A program made the translations under genes and the position numbers. Below the pieces are notes generated by a model. That model worked only from the letters and a program-made list of their open reading frames with translations, was not told the DNA's origin and searched no databases. Shown in pieces: positions 9,292 through 17,010 of a stretch of DNA of 45,116 bases (positions within the stretch are counted from its first letter, which is position 1; every line of letters starts with the position of its first letter). Where the stretch lies: positions 1-45,116 of IMG/VR virus record IMGVR_UViG_3300037461_000344. One strand, 5' to 3'. The stretch is from a virus. Lineage: Duplodnaviria; Caudoviricetes.

Positions 9292-9488
9292 AGCCTTATG
9301 ACCTCGATGAGGTCGCGCCAATTCTCCATGTCGCCATCGATCTGAAGTTTGACAAGCTCGTAGACCGCCGCGAGTGCGAACTCTGGCTTCTGGAAAAGTT
9401 TGTTGTCGTCAATCTTCAGCGACTGTGCGAACTTCGTGTCGTTCTTGGTGATCTCAAGCCTAACGGTGTCTCCTGGGGACAGGATCAT
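9288..9488 (-). CDS. Small hypothetical protein (MILSPGDTVRL...)
   Basis: 66 aa with coupled start and stop. Confidence 0.65.
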   Translation of the reverse strand: MILSPGDTVRLEITKNDTKFAQSLKIDDNKLFQKPEFALAAVYELVKLQIDGDMENWRDLIEVIRL

Positions 9489-9676
9489 CAGAAGAACTCC
9501 ACAACGCTCTGATTTGCTACAAAATACGGCGGCGTAATAATCGCTACCACTTCTCTATCTCTCGGCTCAACGGCGTATTTGCCAAAGAAAGCATTGTTGT
9601 TGCTGGCTTCAACCCACCACTCATCTGCCGAGATAAGCATTCTTGTGTCTGCGTTTCCTACGACCCACTTGTTCAT
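9488..9676 (-). CDS. Small hypothetical protein (MNKWVVG...)
   Basis: C-terminal 62 aa of the listed 244-aa ORF; GAGGG SD before ATG 9676. Confidence 0.55.
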   Translation of the reverse strand: MNKWVVGNADTRMLISADEWWVEASNNNAFFGKYAVEPRDREVVAIITPPYFVANQSVVEFF

Positions 9677-9723
9677 GCGGCCCTCACTGAATTGCCCGAT
9701 GCTAACTCCGAGTGTCAAGGCTG

Positions 9724-10030
9724 TGCGCAGTACCTGACGAACGGTAGGTGCGCGACGTACCGTGAGCGCGGTATCCTTTAGCCTACGATGCGCAAACCCC
9801 AAGCGCACTAGCAAGAATGGGTACCGGGGGCCTGGGGCGAGCACCGCTATGGCCCGGTCAGACTGGCGCCGGCCAGCGACCAAACCCTTGCAGGAGCCGA
9901 AAGGCTTGGGCGAGATGGAGAGGCCCCTGAAAGGGCTGAAACCGGACCGGACTGAGGCCCAGTAAGAGGGGGGTAGGGGGGAGATTTCACTTCCAACGGC
10001 GCAGCGAGCCGGCAGGCGAGCGCAGCCCCT
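9724..10030 (+). ncRNA. Candidate structured RNA upstream of the HNH gene
   Basis: About 300 nt without a credible ORF; serial hairpins including AGCC-GAAA-GGCT (9895-9906); long-range GGGCCT/AGGCCC pairing. Confidence 0.3.
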
Positions 10031-10048
10031 AAGCTCGACAAGGCGACT

Positions 10049-10402
10049 ATGAAGCCAAGGCCAACTTGCAAGATTTGCGGCCGCAACCCGGTCAAGAAGA
10101 AGCACGACAGGCCGGGCAAGGTCAGGTACAAAACCAAGTGCGCCGCCTGTGATGCCCGGAGTCGAGGCTACAAAGCGGCGCGCGGCGACAAATGTGTGCT
10201 CTGCGGATTTGTGCCGGAACACGTTTGCCAGCTACAAGTCGACCACATCGACGGCAACCACCTGAACAACGACGCCGCCAACCTGCAAACGCTTTGCGCC
10301 AACTGCCACGCCCTGAAAACCTTCCGCGAGCGCGACAACTTCAAAGAAAACACCGCCCCAGCCGCCCGCCTACAACTCTCGCTCTCGCTAACTCTGGAAT
10401 AG
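10049..10402 (+). CDS. HNH endonuclease with zinc-binding motifs
   Basis: CxxC pairs; VDHIDGNHLNNDAANLQTLCANCH. Confidence 0.9.
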   Translation: MKPRPTCKICGRNPVKKKHDRPGKVRYKTKCAACDARSRGYKAARGDKCVLCGFVPEHVCQLQVDHIDGNHLNNDAANLQTLCANCHALKTFRERDNFKENTAPAARLQLSLSLTLE

Positions 10403-10532
10403 TTGACTAATTTACTCAGCATTCCAGATTTTTGCTGCGAAAATTAGTGAAGCTTCCTGCCCACCACCCCCCTCCCTCTCTCAAAATCACGACCAGGGGG
10501 CCGGGTACCGCAAATACGGTATCGCCTCGAGG

Positions 10533-10895
10533 CTATGCGGGATCGCGCGAATGTGGGATAGCGGCTTGACTCGGCTGCTCAATTGTGGTAGGCGTTGCGT
10601 CAACCGCATCGACACTGCGAGCGGCGAGCACCATGCGCACCAGGTCGGCGAGTGCGATCTCGCGCGGCTGATCGCCCGACACCTCGATTGACTGACGAGC
10701 TTTGCCGTCAAGACGATCCGCAACGAATTGCAGGCAGGCAAGGCGATGCGTTGGCGACTCATGATCCGCAGCATCCTCGATTACTCTCATGCACGCTCGA
10801 TCTAGAGCAGCGTAAGAGCGATGTGCAGCCTTGCGAAGCACATTCTCCACAGTGCGGCGAGACACTGCTAACTGATTGCCGGACTGGAATGGCAT
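10533..10895 (-). CDS. terS: Terminase small subunit, putative
   Basis: MPFQSGNQ start and DRLDGKARQSIEV motif typical of small terminases; first gene of the late arm. Confidence 0.7.
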   Translation of the reverse strand: MPFQSGNQLAVSRRTVENVLRKAAHRSYAALDRACMRVIEDAADHESPTHRLACLQFVADRLDGKARQSIEVSGDQPREIALADLVRMVLAARSVDAVDATPTTIEQPSQAAIPHSRDPA

Positions 10896-10920
10896 TTTAC
10901 ATAGCGCAACGTGTTGACGA

Positions 10921-10935
10921 TGAAAGATTCTTTCA
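10921..10935. promoter_or_regulatory. Palindromic operator candidate TGAAAGA-T-TCTTTCA upstream of terS
   Basis: Perfect 7-bp inverted arms about 25 bp upstream of the terS ATG. Confidence 0.4.
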
Positions 10936-11041
10936 CGGCTGGCACGGGGAGCGCAAGTGTGGCGAGATACGTGTTAGTGCTTATGCCGTGAATGGTCACT
11001 TGCCGATGTGCAATGTGACCAAATTTGTCAGTCTAGGGGCG

Positions 11042-11065
11042 AAAAAAAGCCCGCTCGAGGCGGGC
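11042..11065 (-). terminator. Rho-independent terminator
   Basis: GCCCGC-ctcga-GCGGGC followed by T7 on the minus strand, after gene 11087-11416. Confidence 0.85.
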
Positions 11066-11086
11066 ATTGTGCCGAGGGAGTGATGG

Positions 11087-11416
11087 CTAATCGTCTGACG
11101 TTTCCTGATCGGCCGCGTACTCTGCGCGCAGGTTTTCGGCTTCGTGCTCGGAAACAATCGAAGTACTGACAAAGCCGTTGTCAGACTCGGCGACTACAAC
11201 GTAACAACCAATGTGCGGCGCAAGCTCGGGATACTCGGCCGCGTCAGCGTCGCCGATCAACACAAGACTAACGTACTCTCCCATGCCGCCCTCGAACCAG
11301 GAAAGCTCCTCACCGTCTGCAGCATTCTCGTAAAAGTACGGCGCCCATTCAGGCTCGCCTTCAAACTTTCCGAGATCGGCAATCCGACCATCAACAATCC
11401 GGTATCCGTAATCCAT
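11087..11416 (-). CDS. Very acidic small protein
   Basis: GGAGGA SD before ATG 11416; about 26 D/E against 4 K/R; has its own terminator. Confidence 0.8.
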   Translation of the reverse strand: MDYGYRIVDGRIADLGKFEGEPEWAPYFYENAADGEELSWFEGGMGEYVSLVLIGDADAAEYPELAPHIGCYVVVAESDNGFVSTSIVSEHEAENLRAEYAADQETSDD

Positions 11417-11590
11417 TGCATCCTCCGTATATCGCACCATGCGATGACAGGATTCTACGGCCGGCAGTAGCCGGGCAATATCCCGCTTATCCGGTACTAG
11501 CGGCCGCTAGCGCAGTTGCGGGATTCAGCGCGCTGGCAGATAGGCGCATCATTCACTCGGCGCCAATGGTGGCGCAATCAAGGAACGAAG

Positions 11591-11911
11591 ATGATCCTAG
11601 TCACTAAAACATTTTCGGTTGTCACGCCAGAGTCGGCGCGGGACGGTGATTTTTCCGAAACCGGCATTGACTTTGAGAATGAACCATTCACTTTCCGCGA
11701 GCTGGTCGCAACCATGAAGGCGCACTATCAGCCGTCGTGCTATCCAGTGAGCGGAAACATTCCGGTCAATGTGTGGTTTTCGTCTGGCGCGGATGTTGAC
11801 TACGTTGACGGGTCGGAAACTTTCACGTCAATTCACTTTTCCATGAACAACAAGCCGCGCTCTGAAAAGTACTGGATCAAAGCAGCAAAAGCTGCCGGCA
11901 TCATCAGATAA
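11591..11911 (+). CDS. Early hypothetical protein
   Basis: AAGGA SD, ATG 11591; VTPESAxDGDFSETG motif seen in phage early proteins. Confidence 0.75.
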   Translation: MILVTKTFSVVTPESARDGDFSETGIDFENEPFTFRELVATMKAHYQPSCYPVSGNIPVNVWFSSGADVDYVDGSETFTSIHFSMNNKPRSEKYWIKAAKAAGIIR

Positions 11912-11950
11912 TCAACCTGCGCTGTGGTAGCGCATCATCGAGGACCGAAA

Positions 11951-12349
11951 ATGACTACTCGCAAGGAATCGGAACGGATCGTTAGGCAGCATCTGATGCT
12001 GCAATCTCTAGGCTTTAGTTCGGACGAAGCCGACAAGCTGCGCAGGATAAGCATGACGCTGCACCGGTGGTGCGAACTCGAGTGCGGCGACGATGGCGGA
12101 TGCATCGAGCGCGACGAGAGCACGGGCAAAGCCTATTGGCTGAACCCCAACACGATGCGGCGCTATCCGATTGCCGATCGGGAGTCGGGCGCCAAGCGAA
12201 GGCTGGCCAAGATCCTGAACGGCAAGCAATTGTCGGCCTACATCCAGACCGATCCGCGCGGCGCTGCGCTGTACATCATCAGGCCTGGCGACGTACCGGC
12301 CGGCGCCAGTGTCGAGTCGTGCTACACGAACGGAATTTGCGTCTACTAG
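11951..12349 (+). CDS. Early hypothetical protein (QTDPRGAALY type)
   Basis: GAGGA SD, ATG 11951. Confidence 0.78.
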   Translation: MTTRKESERIVRQHLMLQSLGFSSDEADKLRRISMTLHRWCELECGDDGGCIERDESTGKAYWLNPNTMRRYPIADRESGAKRRLAKILNGKQLSAYIQTDPRGAALYIIRPGDVPAGASVESCYTNGICVY

Positions 12350-12358
12350 GAGCCGACG

Positions 12359-12562
12359 ATGATGACAACGCAAAAACAGGTTCGCGCAGCATTCTGGATC
12401 GCGAATCCGGATTTCGATTTTCAGGCGCGCGAAGCTGGAATCCGCAGCAAGCGGCAGAATGAGCACTGCGCTACGGTGCGCTGCGCATTCGTCGATTACG
12501 TCGATTTTCTGGCGCGCAATGGCCAGATATCCGAGCGCTTGGCGCAACGGGTGACGCTATGA
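12359..12562 (+). CDS. Hypothetical protein
   Basis: AGGAG SD; FVDYVDFLARNGQISE motif. Confidence 0.75.
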   Translation: MMTTQKQVRAAFWIANPDFDFQAREAGIRSKRQNEHCATVRCAFVDYVDFLARNGQISERLAQRVTL

Positions 12563-12741
12563 ACGCCGCGCCTTCAGACTCTTTGATCGCCCAAGCGAAA
12601 ATGCTCAAGGGCTTTTTTCCATTTCGCATTGTTTGGGTCGCCGTTTCTCCCGATGGAGAGGAAAGGTCTGGCGCCAATCCAACAATGCGACGCCCGAACG
12701 ACCTAGCGCGCAAAGGGTGGAATGTATGGACAATCATCTGA
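12559..12741 (+). CDS. Hypothetical protein
   Basis: ATGA overlap with the upstream gene. Confidence 0.6.
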   Translation: MNAAPSDSLIAQAKMLKGFFPFRIVWVAVSPDGEERSGANPTMRRPNDLARKGWNVWTII

Positions 12742-12857
12742 AACAGGAACTAGAGGAAGTAATTTGCGAACTTGAAGAGGCGGAAGAGCGCGGCGACCTA
12801 GAGCGTATTTTGTCGCTGGCATTCAAGATCGCGGACCTTCAGAGGAAAGCAGGATGA
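12726..12857 (+). CDS. Small acidic helical protein
   Basis: ATG 12726 (MDNHLKQELEE...). Confidence 0.5.
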   Translation: MDNHLKQELEEVICELEEAEERGDLERILSLAFKIADLQRKAG

Positions 12858-12976
12858 AGCTGTCCCTATACGCTGCCGGTGGCGCCATGCTCATTTTGGC
12901 ACCGCTGGCAGGATTTTCAGTCTTATGGGCCGTCCTGCCGCTTGCAGCGGCCTTTTTGATCGACAATGGGGAATAA
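12854..12976 (+). CDS. 40-aa hydrophobic membrane peptide
   Basis: ATGA overlap; MKLSLYAAGGAMLILAPLAGFSVLWAVLPLAAAFLIDNGE. Confidence 0.5.
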   Translation: MKLSLYAAGGAMLILAPLAGFSVLWAVLPLAAAFLIDNGE

Positions 12977-12985
12977 GGTGGCACT

Positions 12986-13204
12986 ATGAGCAAAACACTA
13001 AAAAAACATGTTTGCCTTAAAGATGCTAAGGAAAGCGCACGCAAGCGTTCTCTGTTCGCCAATCTGAAAAGCGGACAGAATGAATACTTCGAGGTAAGAA
13101 CGGCGCCCGACGGCTCAGTTTTTAGCGGCACCATGTCAGACTTTAGCAATGTCTCATGGCCGATGTTTGTCGGGTACTGCAATGGATACCGTTACGAGGA
13201 ATGA
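12986..13204 (+). CDS. Hypothetical protein
   Basis: 72 aa with AAGG SD. Confidence 0.6.
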   Translation: MSKTLKKHVCLKDAKESARKRSLFANLKSGQNEYFEVRTAPDGSVFSGTMSDFSNVSWPMFVGYCNGYRYEE

Positions 13205-13205
13205 C

Positions 13206-13442
13206 ATGGAAAACAGACCACATCGTGGAATGCACATGGGAGATCCTGACTGGCCGATTGATGCATCATCGGATTTCGAGGTACAACCAATCGGCACCGG
13301 CCGACAGCTTGCTGACCATGCCGATCGCCTGCGCGACCTGGCAACCGCCGTGCGCTACGTGCTGAACTCTTCCAACCTGACAGCAACGCAACGCATCGCA
13401 CTGCGCGCAGCACTAGCAAACGCTGGCCAGCCTGACAAATAA
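13206..13442 (+). CDS. Hypothetical protein
   Basis: GAGGA SD, ATG 13206; followed by a terminator. Confidence 0.65.
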   Translation: MENRPHRGMHMGDPDWPIDASSDFEVQPIGTGRQLADHADRLRDLATAVRYVLNSSNLTATQRIALRAALANAGQPDK

Positions 13443-13463
13443 CGTCACATCGCACACTTTACT

Positions 13464-13490
13464 AGGGCCGACAATTCGGCCCTTTTTCTT
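13464..13490 (+). terminator. Rho-independent terminator
   Basis: AGGGCCGA-caat-TCGGCCCT followed by TTTTCTT. Confidence 0.85.
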
Positions 13491-13507
13491 GTGTGCAGCG
13501 CACAATC

Positions 13508-13653
13508 GGGACTTTTCCGGCCGGGACAGGACAGACGACTATAGTCCCGTAAATGTCCCGTCCCGAAAGGGACATTTACTATAGTCGATGTCCCCTGTCC
13601 CCATGTCCCCAAAATGTCCCCTTGAATAGCGCTTTCTGTCCCCACAATGTCCC
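13508..13653. repeat. Iteron-like (T)GTCCC/GGGAC(A) cluster with an inverted repeat; putative replication origin
   Basis: About 12 copies in 150 bp in both orientations; GACTATAG..TAAATGTCCC / GGGACATTTA-CTATAGTC dyad; abuts the helicase stop codon. Confidence 0.65.
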
Positions 13654-13655
13654 TT

Positions 13656-14669
13656 TCAGGACATGACGCGGCGCAGCAATCCGTCGGATATTTGGACGAT
13701 GCCGGAATGTTCTGCCCAGGCCAGGGTGCGTTGCCACTGTTTCTTTTTGGCCTCTTTGGTTTCGCAGTCGGAGTCTGAATAGAAGCGTTTGCGGGCCTCG
13801 GCGATGGGCAATCCGAGCGCCGCAATCTCCAATATCGAACGCTTTGGGCTATCCGGCCCAGATCCGACACTTTCGGCCAGTGCTTTAGGGTCCGCTATAT
13901 GGTGCGCCGCAATGCTGGTGATGGGGTCGCCGTCGGAGTCTGTGCCCAGCTTAACAATGTCCAGGCGGAAGGCCACTGGCGGCAGCAGAGCGCCGTCCTT
14001 TTGCTTGGAGCATTCGAGGGTTGTAAGCATCGCGCCCTCGGTCCTGAACACCCCGAACACGAAGTCGGCATTGGCGACGATTGCCGAGCTGCCGCGCGGG
14101 CGTTCGGTGGCAGCGTGTCCGGCATGATGAACCATCAGCACCGAGGCGCCGAACTTGGACACGAACGCACTGACCAGCACCCGGAAAAAGTTGGCTATCT
14201 CCGATGCCGAATTTTCTTCGGAGTCGAACGTCTGGCTTAGGGTGTCGCCTACGATCAGGCCGGGAATGAATCCAGCGGCCTCTAGAACACGCGCCAAGGG
14301 CATTGCGTCGGTTCTTAGTGTCAGAGGGTCAACCACTACCTTCAATGGGCACCTGCGCCAATCCAGGCCCCTTGCAACGTGCCACGCCTTGATCCTGTTG
14401 GCAATGCCGAGTCCGCCCTCGAAGGCGCAGTAAAGGACGTTGGTCTGCACCGTTTTCAGGCCAAGCCACGGCAGGCCGTAGCAAAGGTGCAGAGCCATGT
14501 CCAGGGCCAGCGCGGTCTTGAACGATCCGCTGCCGCCCCACAGAAGGCCCACCGAGGCGACCGGAATCGCTCCCTTCACCAAGTACCTGATTTCCTTCAT
14601 CCTTTCGTCCATTTCGCACAGTGAAAGCAAGGATACAGAGGGCATGGGCGCTCCGGTATGTAGCGGCAA
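13656..14669 (-). CDS. RepA/AAA_25-type (SF4, DnaB-like) helicase
   Basis: GGSGSFKT Walker A, IVGDTL Walker B, VHHAGH and RGSSA motifs; no primase domain. Confidence 0.88.
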   Translation of the reverse strand: MPLHTGAPMPSVSLLSLCEMDERMKEIRYLVKGAIPVASVGLLWGGSGSFKTALALDMALHLCYGLPWLGLKTVQTNVLYCAFEGGLGIANRIKAWHVARGLDWRRCPLKVVVDPLTLRTDAMPLARVLEAAGFIPGLIVGDTLSQTFDSEENSASEIANFFRVLVSAFVSKFGASVLMVHHAGHAATERPRGSSAIVANADFVFGVFRTEGAMLTTLECSKQKDGALLPPVAFRLDIVKLGTDSDGDPITSIAAHHIADPKALAESVGSGPDSPKRSILEIAALGLPIAEARKRFYSDSDCETKEAKKKQWQRTLAWAEHSGIVQISDGLLRRVMS

Positions 14670-14795
14670 CTTGGGATGTTCACAGTCTAGCGTCTACCGC
14701 AAACGCGGCAAGACCCGTATTCAGGGGATCGCCTGCGGCGGGCTAAAGGCGCACAGTTCGTCTCACGCCAACGGTGGCGCATCTGAGGAGCGAAC

Positions 14796-14987
14796 ATGAC
14801 AACAAATCAAGAGTACGGAAGCGAGCTAAACGCTGTTTCTTTTGCTATGCGCAAGGCCCGCGAGACTGGACTGCCTTGGTACGCGGTTGAGTGCAAATAC
14901 GGATGGGTTGATTCAGAGCGTAAGCCGTCAATTAGGCAAGGGAAAGTTTGGGAGTGCCACCCTAACGGGAAAAAGGTGTACGGATGA
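14796..14987 (+). CDS. Hypothetical protein
   Basis: GAGGAG SD. Confidence 0.7.
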   Translation: MTTNQEYGSELNAVSFAMRKARETGLPWYAVECKYGWVDSERKPSIRQGKVWECHPNGKKVYG

Positions 14988-15418
14988 ACGGTAGAGAAAA
15001 GGCAATAGACATCGCCAAAAAGTCCGGAGCAAGGTTTGTAAACATTGATGGAGTCATTTTTGAGGTTTATCGCGCGGAGTATTTGCCAGATCAAGGTGAA
15101 AGAGCGTGGTTTGCAGACCCGATAAAGATTTATCCATCAATCGACAATGCGAGAGAAATCAGAAGTAGTAGCGCATTTACAAGAGGGTTTGAGATCAAGA
15201 TCCATGAAGAAAACAAAGAGGAACTTTTGGCTGATGCTATGAGATACCGCTGGCTGCGAGATTACGCTCTTGAAGTTTTGATTCCTGGTCCAGTTGTATG
15301 CGGCGCGGATAAGTGGGGAGAGTTAGCAACTGTCAACGGAAAGCACATCACCAGTGACGGCCACGATTTGGACGCTGAAATTGACAAAGCAATGTCTGAG
15401 TTTTCAAAACAAAGGTAG
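14984..15418 (+). CDS. Hypothetical protein with DAxRYRWL motif (Ead/Ea22-like C-terminus)
   Basis: ATGA overlap; DAMRYRWLRD...LDAEIDKAM. Confidence 0.7.
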   Translation: MNGREKAIDIAKKSGARFVNIDGVIFEVYRAEYLPDQGERAWFADPIKIYPSIDNAREIRSSSAFTRGFEIKIHEENKEELLADAMRYRWLRDYALEVLIPGPVVCGADKWGELATVNGKHITSDGHDLDAEIDKAMSEFSKQR

Positions 15419-15448
15419 CTACAACGGTGGCGCATTGAGGAGTGAACG

Positions 15449-15628
15449 ATGACACAAAGCGAACTGAGCAAGATCATGAAGCAGGCCGTGCAGCCTTGGC
15501 GTGAGTACGGCGCACGTCTGCCGGACGACATGCCGCCTCGTGGCGGCGACAAGCGGGCGCTAACCCGTGTACTGAACGACGCCGAGATCGAACGCGAGAA
15601 TGCACTTGATCTTCTCAAGGTGAACTGA
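15449..15628 (+). CDS. 59-aa hypothetical protein
   Basis: GAGGAG SD; MTQSELSKIMKQ...; below the ORF-track cutoff. Confidence 0.65.
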   Translation: MTQSELSKIMKQAVQPWREYGARLPDDMPPRGGDKRALTRVLNDAEIERENALDLLKVN

Positions 15629-15783
15629 TGAATCCGAATCGCAAAGCTGTTAGCCGGCACGACCAGATCGACCGGGCGCGGATCATTGCGCGCTCTCTGG
15701 GCGTGTATCAAGCCGCGCGTTACCTGGCGCTCCGCAACTGGAGCATCGACGCGGCACTGTGGATTCTGACTAGGAGGGGTTAG
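15628..15783 (+). CDS. 51-aa hypothetical protein
   Basis: TGATG overlap; MNPNRKAVSRHDQ... Confidence 0.6.
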   Translation: MNPNRKAVSRHDQIDRARIIARSLGVYQAARYLALRNWSIDAALWILTRRG

Positions 15784-15785
15784 AA

Positions 15786-16133
15786 ATGGATACTTTGTCA
15801 GCTTTTGCAATGGGCCAAGCGAACCGCGGCAAAGAGCCGATGTTTTTTGACTGGATCAAGGCGGCAACCATCATTGTCGAACGCGGCGCAAAAGAGGCAA
15901 GCGCCGGCCTTGCTGGCGATTGGGAGTGGACCGGCGGGCCGATTCTCAAAAACGGCAAGCCGGTCAGGAAAGAGGACACGTACACGTACCTTGCATCTAC
16001 ATGGGCCACGCCGCAGCTTGAAGTCGACGGAGACTTGATCGACTGTTTTGTCATGAAGTCGAAAACCGATGGATGGGACAGCGAAACGTATTGGCCAGAT
16101 GAAGCGCTTGAGATTCTTAATCGGAGGGCCTGA
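15786..16133 (+). CDS. Conserved phage hypothetical protein
   Basis: GGAGG SD; FDWxKAA, AGLxxDWEWT and YLASxWATP motifs. Confidence 0.8.
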   Translation: MDTLSAFAMGQANRGKEPMFFDWIKAATIIVERGAKEASAGLAGDWEWTGGPILKNGKPVRKEDTYTYLASTWATPQLEVDGDLIDCFVMKSKTDGWDSETYWPDEALEILNRRA

Positions 16134-16135
16134 CC

Positions 16136-16330
16136 GTGGAGACTACGAAGTGCGGATCGATCCGGGTAACGATCAGTGTGCCGGTGCAGGTGCAGTATCG
16201 GGTGACATCCGGCGTGCCATTCGATGTGCGAATTGGTGGCCTCGTCAGAATGTACGACTTGATGCCGGAGGACGTGAGGATTCAGATCAACGAGCAGATC
16301 ATTGCCGAGGAACGCAGGCATGAGGATTAG
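16136..16330 (+). CDS. Hypothetical protein
   Basis: GGAGG SD, GTG start. Confidence 0.6.
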   Translation: METTKCGSIRVTISVPVQVQYRVTSGVPFDVRIGGLVRMYDLMPEDVRIQINEQIIAEERRHED

Positions 16331-16331
16331 C

Positions 16332-16520
16332 ATGAACTACGGCGAGGAATTCCGCGATCTCATCGAGTGCCTTCTCGGCGATCTCAACGTCGAGTGGGAG
16401 TCGCTCACCGAGGATCAGCGTGTGAAGCACCTGAACCGGGCGAACGACTTCTTCAGCAACGTGTGGAATGCCGGATACCGCGAGGGTCTGGCCGATGGGA
16501 GGTACGAACCGTGGCCGTGA
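16332..16520 (+). CDS. Hypothetical protein
   Basis: GAGGA SD, ATG 16332. Confidence 0.65.
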   Translation: MNYGEEFRDLIECLLGDLNVEWESLTEDQRVKHLNRANDFFSNVWNAGYREGLADGRYEPWP

Positions 16521-16681
16521 ATCGTGAAGTGATCGAGCTTGCCGACGACCTGGCGCATAGCGTCGGGATGAAGCAGGCCGACGAACTGTTCAAGGCGGCT
16601 CTGGCGCTGGCCTATCAGGTCGGAGTGCGCGACGGAATTAGGGAGGCAGCTAGCGATGTTACGAAACGACTGGGCGCTTGA
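16517..16681 (+). CDS. Hypothetical protein
   Basis: GTGA overlap (VNREVIEL...). Confidence 0.55.
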   Translation: MNREVIELADDLAHSVGMKQADELFKAALALAYQVGVRDGIREAASDVTKRLGA

Positions 16682-16856
16682 TTATGTCCGCATCGTCGAT
16701 TGCAGGCCGGATGAGAGCATTCAGAGACGCAATCAGGATGCTCTGGAGCGGGCGAGGCAAGCGCTCGGCGACAGACACATCCTGGTTCGACGGATAGACC
16801 GGCCAGGAGACTACTGGCGCGCAGGATTCTGGAGGGACTTCGATGCTCGCAGATGA
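16656..16856 (+). CDS. Hypothetical protein
   Basis: GGAGG SD. Confidence 0.55.
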   Translation: MLRNDWALDYVRIVDCRPDESIQRRNQDALERARQALGDRHILVRRIDRPGDYWRAGFWRDFDARR

Positions 16857-17010
16857 TCGGTTGTGGTATTCGGCCGGAGAGGTCGATCAGTTGCGCAAGC
16901 GAGTTGATGATCTGCTAACCGACAATGACCGCATGAGTTGGGAACTGTGGGCTTCGCAGGTTGCGGTGCGCGTTCTGGCAGAGCGGATTTCTGAATTGGA
17001 GGATGCGTGA
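16843..17010 (+). CDS. 55-aa coiled-coil hypothetical protein
   Basis: GGAGG SD; MLADDRLWY...; overlaps the next start. Confidence 0.55.
   Translation: MLADDRLWYSAGEVDQLRKRVDDLLTDNDRMSWELWASQVAVRVLAERISELEDA

Noticed and set aside
9690-9718. TTGACA promoter for the terL operon
   Set aside because: The -35 is perfect but there is no credible -10 at 16-18 bp spacing; it may be activator-dependent but I cannot support it
9677-10222. N-terminal part of the 244-aa minus-strand ORF and the 67-aa and 96-aa ORFs here
   Set aside because: They overlap the real HNH gene antisense or lack an SD and have atypical composition; only the last 62 aa of the long ORF look genuine
13445-13870. 141-aa minus-strand ORF across the iteron region
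   Set aside because: It overlaps the helicase end and a terminator; its GD/GT/GH pattern simply reflects the GGGAC repeats
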